A stretch of 64,000 nt of DNA from Acidobacteriota bacterium (GCA_965217775.1 CBDCJH010000002.1:960001-1024000), one strand, 5' to 3'. Positions 26,043 to 35,970 are shown, numbered from the stretch's first letter. A program made the numbers and translations. Notes: a model not told the origin generated them from the sequence alone.

Positions 26043-27710
26043 TTACAGGGTCAGCACCACCGGGACGATCACGGGCCTCTTCTTCGTGCGCTTGCGCAAG
26101 AAACGCTTCAATCCAGTCTGCAGCATCTGCCCCAGCAGGCCTTCGTCCCGTTTCCCGTTGGCAACGGTTTCGGACACGAGACGGCGGATTCGGGCCCGAG
26201 TCTCGTGCATCAATTCCTGGGAGTCCTCGGGTTGAACGAATCCACGGGAGATCAGCTCCGGCTCCCCGATGAGTTCCCAGCTCATGGGGTCGATCCGGAG
26301 TCCCACCACCAGGACTCCATCGGTGGCCAGGAAACGGCGGTCTCTGAGCAGTTCCCGGTCCACCGGCCGCCGGATGCCCTGATCGATGAAGCGGCGTCCT
26401 GCCGGGACCTGGCCCAGGATCTCGGCCTTGTCGGGACTCAGGCCCAGGACTTCACCGGTCTCCAGCAGATGGACCTGGTCCGGAGGGATCCCCTGGCGCC
26501 GGGCCAAGCGGGCATGAGCCGCCAGTTGCCGGTATTCACCATGGATGGGAACGAAGAACCGGGGCCGGGTCAGGTTGATCATGAGCTTGAGGTCTTCCCG
26601 GTAACCGTGGCCGGAAGCGTGGATCGGCAGATGCCGGGAGTCCAGCACGCGGGCGCCTCTGCGGTTGAAATGGTTGATCATCTGGCCGATACCCTTCTCG
26701 TTGCCGGGGATGATTCGGGATGAGAGAAGGACCAGATCACCTGCCTCGATCCGGGTCTGCCGGACCTCGTCCACGGACAGCCGGCTCATGGCCGACATGG
26801 GCTCCCCTTGACTGCCGCTGGCCAACACGATCAGACGCTCGGAGGGAATCCGGGCCAGGTCTTCCCGGGATCTCAGGAGGTCGGAGTCGGTCCTCAGGTA
26901 TCCCAGCCGGGACGCCAGGCGGATATTGGAGACCATGCTCCTCCCCATGGGAACCACCTTCCGCCCCACCTCGCGGGCCAAGTCCAGGACGATCTGGATT
27001 CGGTGCATGCTGCTGGCGAAGGTGGCCAGGACGATCTTTCCCTCAGCTTGCCGAAACAGCTTTTCCAGAGGTTCGTAGACGGACGACTCGGAAGGGGAAA
27101 GACCCGGGACGTCTCCGTTGGTGCTGTCGGAAAAGAGCGCCAGAACGCCTTCCTGGCCCAGTTCGGCGAGTCTCGCCAAGTTGCTCCTGTGGCCATCGAT
27201 GGGGGTCTGGTCGAACTTGAAGTCTCCGCTCCAGATGATCCTGCCCACGGGGGTCCGGATCGCGAAGCAATAGCTTTCGGGAAAAGAATGGGTCACCCGG
27301 AGGGGTTCCACCTGGAAGGCGCCCAGGTCCACCGGCCGATCGGCTTCCAGCAGCCGAAGGTCCGCCTCCTTGTCCAACCCTCGTTCCCGGAGACGGGATG
27401 AGACCAGACCCAAAGTCAAACGGTTGGCATAGACCGGGACCTGGAGCTGGTCGATGATGTAGGAGACACCCCCGGCGTGGTCCTCGTGGCCGTGGGTCAG
27501 CACGATGGCTCGCAGCTGGCGCCGGTTCTCGAGCAGGAAACTGATGTCGGGAACCATCAGGTCCACTCCCAGGCTGGCCGCCGTGCGCCGGCCCGGCAGC
27601 ATCATCCCTGCATCGACCAGAATCAGGTCGTCTCCGGCCCGGAGGGCGGCACAGTTCATCCCGAATTCGCCCAACCCTCCCAAGGGGATAACTTCCAGTT
27701 GACTGCTCAT
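26043..27710 (-). CDS. rnj: Ribonuclease J
   Basis: 'PLGGLGEFGMN', 'THGHEDH', 'GDFKFD', 'DSTN', 'GSQGEP', 'HASGH', 'PIHGE'. Confidence 0.95.
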   Translation of the reverse strand: MSSQLEVIPLGGLGEFGMNCAALRAGDDLILVDAGMMLPGRRTAASLGVDLMVPDISFLLENRRQLRAIVLTHGHEDHAGGVSYIIDQLQVPVYANRLTLGLVSSRLRERGLDKEADLRLLEADRPVDLGAFQVEPLRVTHSFPESYCFAIRTPVGRIIWSGDFKFDQTPIDGHRSNLARLAELGQEGVLALFSDSTNGDVPGLSPSESSVYEPLEKLFRQAEGKIVLATFASSMHRIQIVLDLAREVGRKVVPMGRSMVSNIRLASRLGYLRTDSDLLRSREDLARIPSERLIVLASGSQGEPMSAMSRLSVDEVRQTRIEAGDLVLLSSRIIPGNEKGIGQMINHFNRRGARVLDSRHLPIHASGHGYREDLKLMINLTRPRFFVPIHGEYRQLAAHARLARRQGIPPDQVHLLETGEVLGLSPDKAEILGQVPAGRRFIDQGIRRPVDRELLRDRRFLATDGVLVVGLRIDPMSWELIGEPELISRGFVQPEDSQELMHETRARIRRLVSETVANGKRDEGLLGQMLQTGLKRFLRKRTKKRPVIVPVVLTL

Positions 27711-27721
27711 ATGGCGGCCAA

Positions 27722-28522
27722 CTATAGCATGCGTGCCAGACACACAAACTGTTCCAAAGACAACTCCTCCGCTCTCTGACGGGATTCGATTTCAGCGCTT
27801 TCGAAGGCCGGTTCCAGGCGCCCCTTCCAGGGTCCGAAAGCACTCCGGAGATTGTTCCTGAGTGTCTTCCTGCGCTGGCGGAATCCGGTCCGGATCAGCC
27901 GTAGGAAGCGGGCGTAGCAGGGGAGGTGGGCCGGACGTGGGCGCGGGATCAGCTGCATGGCGTGGGAGCGGACCGCGGGTGGCGGGGCAAAGGCGCCGGC
28001 CGGCACGTCGAAACCGCGAATCCGGGAAAACCGGTATTGGAGCACCAGCGTGAGGTAGCCGTAGGTCTTGGAGCCGGGCCGGGCCAGAATGCGCTGGGCG
28101 ACTTCTTTCTGGACCATGAAAGTGAAACTGTGAAACCGATGGCCGAAAGGAATCATCTTGGTGAGTACGGCGGTGGCGATATTGTAGGGAAGGTTGCCCA
28201 CCAGCTTGACGGGAGCTTCGGGAAAGGTGGAATCCCAGTCGAGATCCAAAACGTCGGATTGGATCAGCGTAAGCCGAGACCGGGACTCGGGCCTGAGACT
28301 GCGCTTGAGATGGTCGACCAAGTCGCGGTCGAACTCGATGGCGACCACGTTGCGGGATCGCGCCAGGATCAGACGCGTGAGCTGCCCGGTGCCGGGGCCG
28401 ATTTCGATGACCGTGTCCCGGCCCGTCGGCGCCGCCAGCCGGACCATCCGGCGGCAGTAGCCGGCGTCGTGGAGGAAGTGTTGCCCCAGCGAACGCTTGG
28501 CCCGGGGGAAGTTTGGAGTCAT
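27722..28522 (-). CDS. rsmA: 16S rRNA m6(2)A1518/A1519 dimethyltransferase
   Basis: 'KRSLGQHFL', 'EIGPGTG', 'GNLPYNI', 'QKEVA', 'F.P.P.V.S', 'F.QRRKTL.N'. The start is ATG at 28522, not 29251. Confidence 0.95.
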   Translation of the reverse strand: MTPNFPRAKRSLGQHFLHDAGYCRRMVRLAAPTGRDTVIEIGPGTGQLTRLILARSRNVVAIEFDRDLVDHLKRSLRPESRSRLTLIQSDVLDLDWDSTFPEAPVKLVGNLPYNIATAVLTKMIPFGHRFHSFTFMVQKEVAQRILARPGSKTYGYLTLVLQYRFSRIRGFDVPAGAFAPPPAVRSHAMQLIPRPRPAHLPCYARFLRLIRTGFRQRRKTLRNNLRSAFGPWKGRLEPAFESAEIESRQRAEELSLEQFVCLARML

Positions 28523-28714
28523 ACGATTGATCGGTGGGACCGCAGGCAGTCCGCGGCGACTTTCACCGCAGGCTCCTATGTTAACATGTGCGGCTGTGAG
28601 CGCCCGGGTTTCTGCGCCACCGCAATACGAGGCAGTGAATAAAGGTTTCTGAAGGTCAGGCGGGGCCTGCGGAGGCGTTGGGCGCCCGTTGGATTGAGAT
28701 TTCAGGAGGTCAGG

Positions 28715-29041
28715 ATGAGCGACAAGGTTCAGGACGTGACAGATCAGAGTTTCGAGACAGACGTATTGCAGTCGAACGACCCCGTACTGGTGGATTTCTG
28801 GGCGGCTTGGTGCGCGCCCTGCCGGATGCTCTCTCCCACTATCGACCGGATTGCCCAGGACTTTTCCGGTCGCGCCAAAGTGGTCAAGCTCAACGTCGAC
28901 GACAACCGTGAGACCTCGGCCAAGTATGGGATCCGGGGCATTCCGACGCTGCTGCTCTTCAAGAACGGGGAACTCAGGGACCAGGTCGTCGGAGCCACGT
29001 CTCGAGAGAACATCGCTCGGCTGATCGAGAACCAGCTCTAG
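28715..29041 (+). CDS. trxA: Thioredoxin
   Basis: 'DFWAAWCAPC', 'YGIRGIPTL'. AGGAGG RBS before ATG 28715. Confidence 0.96.
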   Translation: MSDKVQDVTDQSFETDVLQSNDPVLVDFWAAWCAPCRMLSPTIDRIAQDFSGRAKVVKLNVDDNRETSAKYGIRGIPTLLLFKNGELRDQVVGATSRENIARLIENQL

Positions 29042-29180
29042 CCGTCCCGGCGTTCGGGAATGGATGACTCCCCGGTTTACGGACATTCCGCACAGAGTCG
29101 ATTGCAGCTTGTCCTGAGGTCGGTTTGCGCACCGGTCCGGTCCAGATTGCTTAACCGCCTTTCCGTTTTTCGGCTGCACT

Positions 29181-30497
29181 ATGGCTAACGTCGTGATCGT
29201 CGGCACCCAATGGGGTGACGAAGGCAAAGGGAAAATCGTCGATCTGATCACCCGTCACTTCGACGTCGTCGCCCGTTACCAGGGCGGCCACAATGCCGGC
29301 CACACCGTTTCCGTGGCGGGGGCCAAGTATGTTCTCCACCTGATTCCGTCGGGGATCCTTCACCCCGACAAGGTGTGCGTCATCGGCAACGGGGTCGTGG
29401 TGGACCCGGTGGCTCTGGAAGAGGAACTGCTGGCGCTGGAGGAGTTTTCTCTGGAGGAACGGCTCCATGTCAGCAACCGGGCACACCTGATCATGCCCTA
29501 CCACCGGTTGCTGGAGGGCGCCGAGGAAAGTCGGCTGGGCAAGGCGAAGATCGGAACCACGAGCCGGGGCATCGGCCCCTGTTATGAAGACAAGATGGCC
29601 CGCCGGGGCATCCGGGTCGGCGACCTGTTGTCGCCCCGGCTCTTCCGCTCCAAGCTCCGAAACTATGCGGATCTGAAGAACCGCATTCTGAACCGGGTCT
29701 ACGGGCGTGACGGGGTGGACACTGGCCAGATCGAAGAGACCTATCTGGGCATCGGCGAACGGATCGCCTCTTATGTCACCGACACGGCCGAGTACCTGAA
29801 TCGGGAGATCCGGCGGGGAAAGAACATCCTCTTCGAGGGCGCCCAGGGAACGCTGCTGGACGTGGATCACGGGACCTATCCGTTCGTCACCTCCTCGAAT
29901 GCCACGGCCGGTGGAGCCTGTACCGGGAGCGGAGTGGGGCCGGGAGCCATCGACGGAGTGATGGGAATCACCAAGGCCTACACCACTCGTGTCGGAGGCG
30001 GGCCGTTTCCCACCGAGTTGGACGGTGCGGAGGGGGAGGAGATCCGGGAGCGGGGCGTCGAGTACGGCGCCACCACGGGGCGGCCCCGGCGTTGCGGATG
30101 GTTCGACGCCGTCGTGGCCCGCTACAGCAATCTGATCAACCACGTGGACACGCTCGTCGTCACCAAATTGGACGTTCTGGACCATTTGAAAGAGCTTCGG
30201 ATCTGTACCGGCTACGGCTACGGAGGGACCCGAATGACGAGTTTCCCCACCGACGTGGGAGCACTTGAAGACGTGAGCCCCGTCTACGAGACGCATCCCG
30301 GATGGCAGCAGGACACCTCCGACATTCAGAATTACGACGACCTGCCGGAGCAGGCCAAGTCCTATCTGCATCGGCTTGGCGAGCTCACCGGTGCGGATAT
30401 CTCCATCATCTCCACCGGTCCGAACCGGTCCGAAACCATCATTCTGGAGGAGAGCCCCCGGCTCCAGCGCCTACTGAAACCGCGCCGCGTGGCGTGA
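29181..30497 (+). CDS. purA: Adenylosuccinate synthetase
   Basis: 'QWGDEGKGK', 'GGHNAGHT', 'IGTT.RGIGP', 'EGAQG', 'TTGRPRRCGW'. Confidence 0.98.
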   Translation: MANVVIVGTQWGDEGKGKIVDLITRHFDVVARYQGGHNAGHTVSVAGAKYVLHLIPSGILHPDKVCVIGNGVVVDPVALEEELLALEEFSLEERLHVSNRAHLIMPYHRLLEGAEESRLGKAKIGTTSRGIGPCYEDKMARRGIRVGDLLSPRLFRSKLRNYADLKNRILNRVYGRDGVDTGQIEETYLGIGERIASYVTDTAEYLNREIRRGKNILFEGAQGTLLDVDHGTYPFVTSSNATAGGACTGSGVGPGAIDGVMGITKAYTTRVGGGPFPTELDGAEGEEIRERGVEYGATTGRPRRCGWFDAVVARYSNLINHVDTLVVTKLDVLDHLKELRICTGYGYGGTRMTSFPTDVGALEDVSPVYETHPGWQQDTSDIQNYDDLPEQAKSYLHRLGELTGADISIISTGPNRSETIILEESPRLQRLLKPRRVA

Positions 30498-30629
30498 GGA
30501 GGGGCGATTTCCAGTCGCCCACAGGAGGGGCGATTTCCAATCGCCCATTCTCCGGCGCCAAATTGCGACTCCGGAGTTCGGCGGTTAGAAACCGCCGCTC
30601 CCGTTCGGCGACAAGAAAGTCGCCGCTCC
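30498..30629. repeat. REP cluster between convergent purA and TonB receptor genes (probably also a terminator)
   Basis: Two direct GGAGGGGCGATTTCCA(G/A)TCGCCC copies (30498-30520, 30524-30546), then two inverted GGAG-REPs (30579-30601, 30606-30629). Confidence 0.8.
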
Positions 30630-30630
30630 A

Positions 30631-32946
30631 TTAGAACTCGTACTCCAGTCCCGCGTAGAAGTTTCGGCCCAGCTCCGGGATTCGGCTGCGGGTAAAGGGA
30701 TTGGGAGAGTTGAGGTGATTGCTGTAGAGTCGATCTCCCAGATTTTCCACCCCCGCCTTCAGAGTCCATCCGGAGGTGAGCGAAGCACGCCCTCTCAGAT
30801 CGACGACGGTGTAACCATCGGTCATCTGCTCGAATCGGCTGGCGGCCACCCGGGTTTGACTGTCCAGCAGCGTGACCGCCAGTTCCACCCAGTAAAGCCT
30901 GTCGGGAGAGCTCAGTTCCAGGGCTGCCTGTCCCTGAAGTGGCGGTAGGCCCAGGATCGGTTCCCCGAACAGCTCGTCCACTCCCCAGATGTAGGAGAGG
31001 AATCCCCGGAGCCGGAAAACGGGAGCCAGCCCCTGTTCCAGAGTCAATTCCGCTCCGCGGAAACGGGCCTGAGAACCGTTGATGTAGCGGAACACGGTCG
31101 GCGGGCTCAGAGGCAGCCGCTTCCGCAGGGAGGGGTCCGCCTGCACGGTGATGTAGTTGCCGATCACGCGGTGAAAGAGGTCCAGGTCCAGGCGGGTCGT
31201 CTCCCGAATCAGGCTGCCGCCCAGATTGAATTCCAGGCTTTCTTCCGGGTTCAATGCCGGATTGCCCATGAACTCGGCCGCGATCTGGAATTTGGTCGCG
31301 GGGAATCGGTCCGAATAACGCTCCAGGACGGTGGCGGTTCGCACGGCGCGTCCCAGTCCGGCGGTCAAGGACACGACCCGGCTGATCGACCATCTGCCGT
31401 TCAAGGCGGCGCTCAGATGGGTCTCCTCCCGGTCGAGCCCGCCCTGGGTGTTGGCGGCGAAGAAGTCGGAAACCGTGCCGGCGGTGGATTGGACCCGATC
31501 GAGCCGGACCGTTCCCGCCAATTCGGTGTGCTCTCCCTCACGGAGCATCTGGACATAGAATCCCTGGTCGTTCAATTCGGCATCGGGCCAGACCACGTCC
31601 CGGAACAGGAGGACCCTGGGAGTGCGCCTGAAGATGGACCGGGTGGCCGTCTGGTTCGAATTATAGAAGTCCAGTCCGAACCTCCAGTCCCAGAGACCAC
31701 GCTCGACCAGGGCCGAGAAGTCTCCACCGATGGTATTCGACTCGGTGGGAAGGTCCACCAATAGACCGAACGGAGGCTTCCGGCCGGGCATCGGGCGCGC
31801 CGTGGGCTTCTCCTCGTTGTTCATGAGATGGTCCTTCAAGTTCAGGTAGAACTGGCCTCGGATCTCGGAAAGGGCCCCTCCGGTCGGACTCCAGGTCAAC
31901 CCCACGGCATTGGACCGGGTATGGAAGTAGGTGGCGTCCAGGATCCGTCCGGGGTAATCGATGCCATGCTGTTGCTGATAGCTCCCGGCATAGTCCAGGA
32001 CGAGGTCCGGCAGCAGCTTGAAACCCAGGCTCCAATGCGCGTCGTCCGACTTGTAGTCGCCTGGGACCCGGCTCCCGTCGCCTGCCCGGTAGTCGTTGCC
32101 CTGCCGCCGGTTGTAGAGCAGATGGAGCCGCATCCACTCGTTCCCGCCCCAGAACAGGCCATGTCCGTCCTGGTTGACGGCATTTTGTCCGTAGCGGTAG
32201 CCGAGCCGGCCATGGAACCGGCTGCCGCCGGTGAAGAATGGAGGCCGGAAGGTCTGTACCTGGATTCCGCTCAGAACCCCGGCCCCCCAACCCAGGGCGT
32301 AAGGCCCCTTGACCACACGAATGGACCGGACGGCGTGGGGGCTGACATGGCTCATGTCCGAGTCCATGCGGGCGGGACCGGCGGCAAAGGTCCGGGTCCC
32401 GTCCACGAAGGTTCCGATCTGGTTTTCCTGCAGGCCCCGAATGTTCGGTTCCAGGTTGATGGGTCCTCGCCGGACTGCAGCCGTGCCCGGCTCGCCCCGG
32501 AGGAGCTCGGCCAGGTCCTGACTCTCTTGACGGTCGATCTTGCCACTGCCGACAGCCAGCTCGCGGTGCATCCGGGGAGCACTCGCCCTGACCTCCAAAT
32601 GTTGCGTGGCGGTATCCACCTCCAGCCGCACCAGCAATTCCTGGGGCTCATCCCCCAGAAGCCACGTCCTTTGGTAGATCTGAAATCCGGGCACCCTGAC
32701 CCTCAACGAATAGCGTCCCGGTTTCAGGCGGACCCGAAACTCGCCTCGATCATCGGTGAAGCGGGCCTCCACCGGTCGGCCGGAACGGAGGGCCTTCACT
32801 TCGGCGCCTGGAATGGGATAGCCGTGAGGGTCCAGGACCCGGCCCTCGAACAATACGGGCTCGGTTTCCGCGGCCGGGAGCATCCCTCCCGCCGCCGCCA
32901 TGCAGGCGAGCGGGAGCCAGACCGCGGTGCCAATAAGTTGGCGCAT
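30631..32946 (-). CDS. TonB-dependent receptor, OprC/NosA (copper receptor)-like, with N-terminal carboxypeptidase-regulatory-like domain
   Basis: Signal peptide, 'GRVLD..G.PIPGA.V' domain, plug 'PNIRG...VDG...PARMD', 'VVKGPY', barrel 'DHLMNN', C-terminal 'GRNFYAGLEYEF'. AAGGAGG RBS. Confidence 0.85.
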   Translation of the reverse strand: MRQLIGTAVWLPLACMAAAGGMLPAAETEPVLFEGRVLDPHGYPIPGAEVKALRSGRPVEARFTDDRGEFRVRLKPGRYSLRVRVPGFQIYQRTWLLGDEPQELLVRLEVDTATQHLEVRASAPRMHRELAVGSGKIDRQESQDLAELLRGEPGTAAVRRGPINLEPNIRGLQENQIGTFVDGTRTFAAGPARMDSDMSHVSPHAVRSIRVVKGPYALGWGAGVLSGIQVQTFRPPFFTGGSRFHGRLGYRYGQNAVNQDGHGLFWGGNEWMRLHLLYNRRQGNDYRAGDGSRVPGDYKSDDAHWSLGFKLLPDLVLDYAGSYQQQHGIDYPGRILDATYFHTRSNAVGLTWSPTGGALSEIRGQFYLNLKDHLMNNEEKPTARPMPGRKPPFGLLVDLPTESNTIGGDFSALVERGLWDWRFGLDFYNSNQTATRSIFRRTPRVLLFRDVVWPDAELNDQGFYVQMLREGEHTELAGTVRLDRVQSTAGTVSDFFAANTQGGLDREETHLSAALNGRWSISRVVSLTAGLGRAVRTATVLERYSDRFPATKFQIAAEFMGNPALNPEESLEFNLGGSLIRETTRLDLDLFHRVIGNYITVQADPSLRKRLPLSPPTVFRYINGSQARFRGAELTLEQGLAPVFRLRGFLSYIWGVDELFGEPILGLPPLQGQAALELSSPDRLYWVELAVTLLDSQTRVAASRFEQMTDGYTVVDLRGRASLTSGWTLKAGVENLGDRLYSNHLNSPNPFTRSRIPELGRNFYAGLEYEF

Positions 32947-33056
32947 ACGATCCTCCTTGTGGTATCGCACGCTCAGAAGAGACGGGGACCCCGGTGGGCG
33001 CGCAGATGTCACTCCGGCCGTCGGGGACCCGAAATCGTCGTACTGCTGTCGTCGAA

Positions 33057-33455
33057 TCAGGAAGAGCGGCGTGGAGGAGGATCTTCTACGGCTGGCGGGA
33101 TCAGGGGTGTCGGTAAGGGAGTTTCCTGGTGAAGACCGGAGTCAAAGTCTTCGGAACCGGTCCAAACCGGAGAGAGGAAGACCGCCTTCAGGTTCATGAA
33201 ACCAATGAGCTCGGGCTCAGCTCCGCAGTCGGAGACGAACCGGAGCGCGTCCGGCTTCCGCACCGGCCGGGCGCAGGCCCGATGACGGTTGTCCGGGTTC
33301 TTCAACTGCTTCAAGCACAGGTCCGGGCAGCAGCAGACGCTCCCATGAGTCGGGCAGACCGAAGCCGCCGGCTCGCTCTCCGTTTCTTGAACCACCCAGA
33401 CCATGGGGCTGGTGGCCAGGACGAACAAGAGCGTAGAGCTGGCCAGGGTCTTCAC
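33057..33455 (-). CDS. Small Cys-rich leader-type protein upstream of the TonB receptor (DUF2946/CruR-like architecture)
   Basis: 132 aa with hydrophobic N-terminus, 'CPTHGSVCCCPDLC' and Pro-rich C-terminus 'PPAVEDPPPRRSS'. Promoter-like TTGCGC-17-TACTCT lies 6 nt upstream of the GTG. Confidence 0.7.
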   Translation of the reverse strand: MKTLASSTLLFVLATSPMVWVVQETESEPAASVCPTHGSVCCCPDLCLKQLKNPDNRHRACARPVRKPDALRFVSDCGAEPELIGFMNLKAVFLSPVWTGSEDFDSGLHQETPLPTPLIPPAVEDPPPRRSS

Positions 33456-33461
33456 AAAGTC

Positions 33462-33490
33462 AGAGTACGCCGAACCGAACCTGGGCGCAA
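33462..33490 (-). promoter_or_regulatory. Sigma70-like promoter (TTGCGC-17-TACTCT), leaderless
   Basis: Hexamers with a 17-nt spacer. The -10 lies 6 nt from the GTG start and there is no SD. Confidence 0.55.
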
Positions 33491-33556
33491 TGAGGAAGAG
33501 GGGAAGGGAAGGAAAGAGGAGATAGTAGAGAGTGGGCAGATACGGGGACGGTCAAT

Positions 33557-34957
33557 TCAGCCGTGGCGGACCCAGCGAACGATCTCGGGGAGGCTGGCGC
33601 GCTGTCCCCGCATCAGGATTCCCACTCGATAGATCCGCCCGGACATCCAGACGGCGGCCGCCACAGCCGCGGCCAACAGGACCAGGGAGAGCATCCACTG
33701 CCAGAGCGGGACTCCGGTGGAGAAGAGCCGGGACGGCATCACCACAGCGTTGAAAGGAGGGACCATCGACAGCATCACGGCCCATCTGTTGTTGGGACTC
33801 TCCATCAGCAAGGGGCCCGCGATGAGGGAGATCATGCTCACGAAGACGATGGGCGTCACCGCCTGTTGGGCGTCCTGAAGGTCACTGACCGTGGCCCCGA
33901 CGGCGGCGAAAACCGAGGTATAGAGAAGGTAGCCGAGCAGGAAGAAAAGGAGAGCGGGGACCATGCTGTCCCATGGGATCGAGCCCGAAATCCGGTCGAT
34001 GTCCGCCAACTCGGCAGCATCACCTGGGAGAGGGCCGGGGCCGCCGGAAGCGGGGATAGTGGAGGGGAAACTTGGCAATCCGCCGCGGGTGAGAACGTAG
34101 CCCGCCGCGGCCGCCAACATCAGCGCCCAGATTCCAATCTGAGCCAGGGCCATGGCGCCGCACCCCAATATCTTCCCCAGCATCAGTTCCCAGGGGCGTA
34201 ACGACGATGCCAGGATTTCGACGATGTTCGATTGCTTGTCCTCGATGGTCGACATCAGGACCATCTGCCCGTAAGCTACCAGGAGCATGAAAAAGACGTA
34301 GACGATACCCATGCTGGCAACGGTCTGTATGGTCTGGGAGCGGCTATCGCCCGTTTCGGTGACGTTGACGGTATTCAATCGAGGTCGGCGCAGCAGCTCT
34401 CGAGCGTCTACCGCTTCGACTCCCGCCGCTTGGAGACGCGTCTGCAAGAGGGCGCGTTGGAGCGCGTTTCGGACCGATCTTCGGGTTGCCGACGGCACCC
34501 TGTCCTTGCCCAGCAGGGTGGCGGCCACCCGGTCCTCCGCGTCATCCGTCTCCCGGTTCTGCGCCGGCTCCCGTCGATTCGGGGTGCGGACCACCCCCTC
34601 TGAAACGGCGACTCCCGACGGTAGAATCAGCAGGTAGTCGAACGGCGCCGACAGGAATCGTTCCCTGATCGTGGGGACAGGGAGAGGTTCCATGTCGCTC
34701 ACCCTCGACGCCGCAACGGAACCGTCATTCAACTCCTCCACCAGGAGATTCGCTACGATTCCATCGGCGTCCACGACGCCAATGGTCTTCCCCTTCTCGG
34801 AGTCCTCGACGTCCCGCATGGCGAAAACGATCAGGAATGCCACCCCGACCATGATCACCGGCATTCCGATGGTGCCCAGGATGAACCACTTGGTCTTGAC
34901 GCGTTGCATGAACTCCCGGACCGCAACTGCCAGGACGTTCGGCGTAAACGGGTTCAT
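33557..34957 (-). CDS. ABC-2 type exporter permease (NatB/YhgE-like)
   Basis: 'VAVREF..RVK', 'IEDKQS.IVEILASS.....LM.GKILG', 'GYLLY', 'GRIYRVGIL'. Confidence 0.88.
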   Translation of the reverse strand: MNPFTPNVLAVAVREFMQRVKTKWFILGTIGMPVIMVGVAFLIVFAMRDVEDSEKGKTIGVVDADGIVANLLVEELNDGSVAASRVSDMEPLPVPTIRERFLSAPFDYLLILPSGVAVSEGVVRTPNRREPAQNRETDDAEDRVAATLLGKDRVPSATRRSVRNALQRALLQTRLQAAGVEAVDARELLRRPRLNTVNVTETGDSRSQTIQTVASMGIVYVFFMLLVAYGQMVLMSTIEDKQSNIVEILASSLRPWELMLGKILGCGAMALAQIGIWALMLAAAAGYVLTRGGLPSFPSTIPASGGPGPLPGDAAELADIDRISGSIPWDSMVPALLFFLLGYLLYTSVFAAVGATVSDLQDAQQAVTPIVFVSMISLIAGPLLMESPNNRWAVMLSMVPPFNAVVMPSRLFSTGVPLWQWMLSLVLLAAAVAAAVWMSGRIYRVGILMRGQRASLPEIVRWVRHG

Positions 34958-35910
34958 CTTCCGGTCCCCTCGCCGGCCACGGGGGCGTCACTCGCCGACA
35001 GGCCGGCCGCCTCGGCCTTCTCCATGAAGATCTCTCGCAGTGAGGGTTCCGTCAGTTCGAAACGTGAAATCCTCACCCCAGACTCCAGGGCCCCGCGGAG
35101 CAGCGCCTGTGGGTCGGCGCCTGCCTGGAGCCGAACTTCCACGTAACCACCCTGGTCGGCTGCCCGTTCCACCAGGCCGGGCGCCGCCAGGAACTCGCTG
35201 CTCCCCTCGAAGGCGATGGCCAGATCCCGCCGCCCGGAGGCCGCCTTCAAGTCGCTCACCTTCCCGTCCAGGACCTTGTTGGCGCCGGCGATCATGCACA
35301 CCCGGTCACAGAGACGCTCGGCGTCTTCGATCATGTGGGTCGATAGGAGTACGGTCGCTCCCGCCCGGCGCCGCTCCAGGACCAACCGTTTGAAGAGCTC
35401 CACGTTGAGTGGGTCCAGTCCGCTGAACGGCTCGTCCAGGACCAGCAGCTCCGGCTCGTGGAGGATCGTGGCCAGAAGCTGGACCTTCTGCTGCATTCCC
35501 TTGGAGAGAGTTTCCACCCTGTCCCGGGCGCGCTCGCCGAGCCCGACCTCCTCAAGTCCGGTGCGAGCCCGTTGCATGGCGTCCCGTCTGCCCAGTCCCT
35601 TGAGCACACCCAGGAATACGAGGTGGTCGATGACCCGCATCTTGGGATACAGCCCGCGCTCTTCCGGGAGGTAGCCGATGCGCAGGCGGGTCGATTGGAG
35701 GTCGGTGGTGCCCAACACCTCGACGGTCCCATTGTCGGGACCGATGATGTCGAGAATGATGCGCAGCAGAGTGGTCTTGCCGGCGCCGTTGGGACCGATC
35801 AACCCGCAAATGGTGTTCCGCGGCGTTTCCAGATCCACGCCGTCAAGAGCCGTCTTCTTGCCGTAGTGTTTCCTGATGCCCCGAAGACGGAGGGCGGAAC
35901 CGTTCGCCAT
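34954..35910 (-). CDS. ABC transporter ATP-binding protein (NatA-like, DUF4162)
   Basis: Walker A 'GPNGAGKTT', 'GYLPEERGLY', 'LSKGMQQK', 'LDEPFSGLDP', 'EPSL.EIF'. Confidence 0.92.
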   Translation of the reverse strand: MANGSALRLRGIRKHYGKKTALDGVDLETPRNTICGLIGPNGAGKTTLLRIILDIIGPDNGTVEVLGTTDLQSTRLRIGYLPEERGLYPKMRVIDHLVFLGVLKGLGRRDAMQRARTGLEEVGLGERARDRVETLSKGMQQKVQLLATILHEPELLVLDEPFSGLDPLNVELFKRLVLERRRAGATVLLSTHMIEDAERLCDRVCMIAGANKVLDGKVSDLKAASGRRDLAIAFEGSSEFLAAPGLVERAADQGGYVEVRLQAGADPQALLRGALESGVRISRFELTEPSLREIFMEKAEAAGLSASDAPVAGEGTGR

Positions 35911-35970
35911 ACGGACACGATAACAATTCCCGTCGAGACGCCGCCACCGGGACCCGGTTTGGAATTCAGG

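Noticed and set aside
28523-28714. Possible tRNA/ncRNA in the rsmA-trxA divergent gap, including the palindrome ATGTTAACAT
   Set aside because: No cloverleaf, TTCGA T-loop or CCA end. A single 10-bp palindrome is too weak to call an operator.
29042-29180. Possible purine or ZTP riboswitch upstream of purA
   Set aside because: No matching consensus elements seen.
28523-29251. N-terminal extension of the 509-aa ORF containing rsmA
   Set aside because: It overlaps trxA antisense. RsmA homology begins at ATG 28522.
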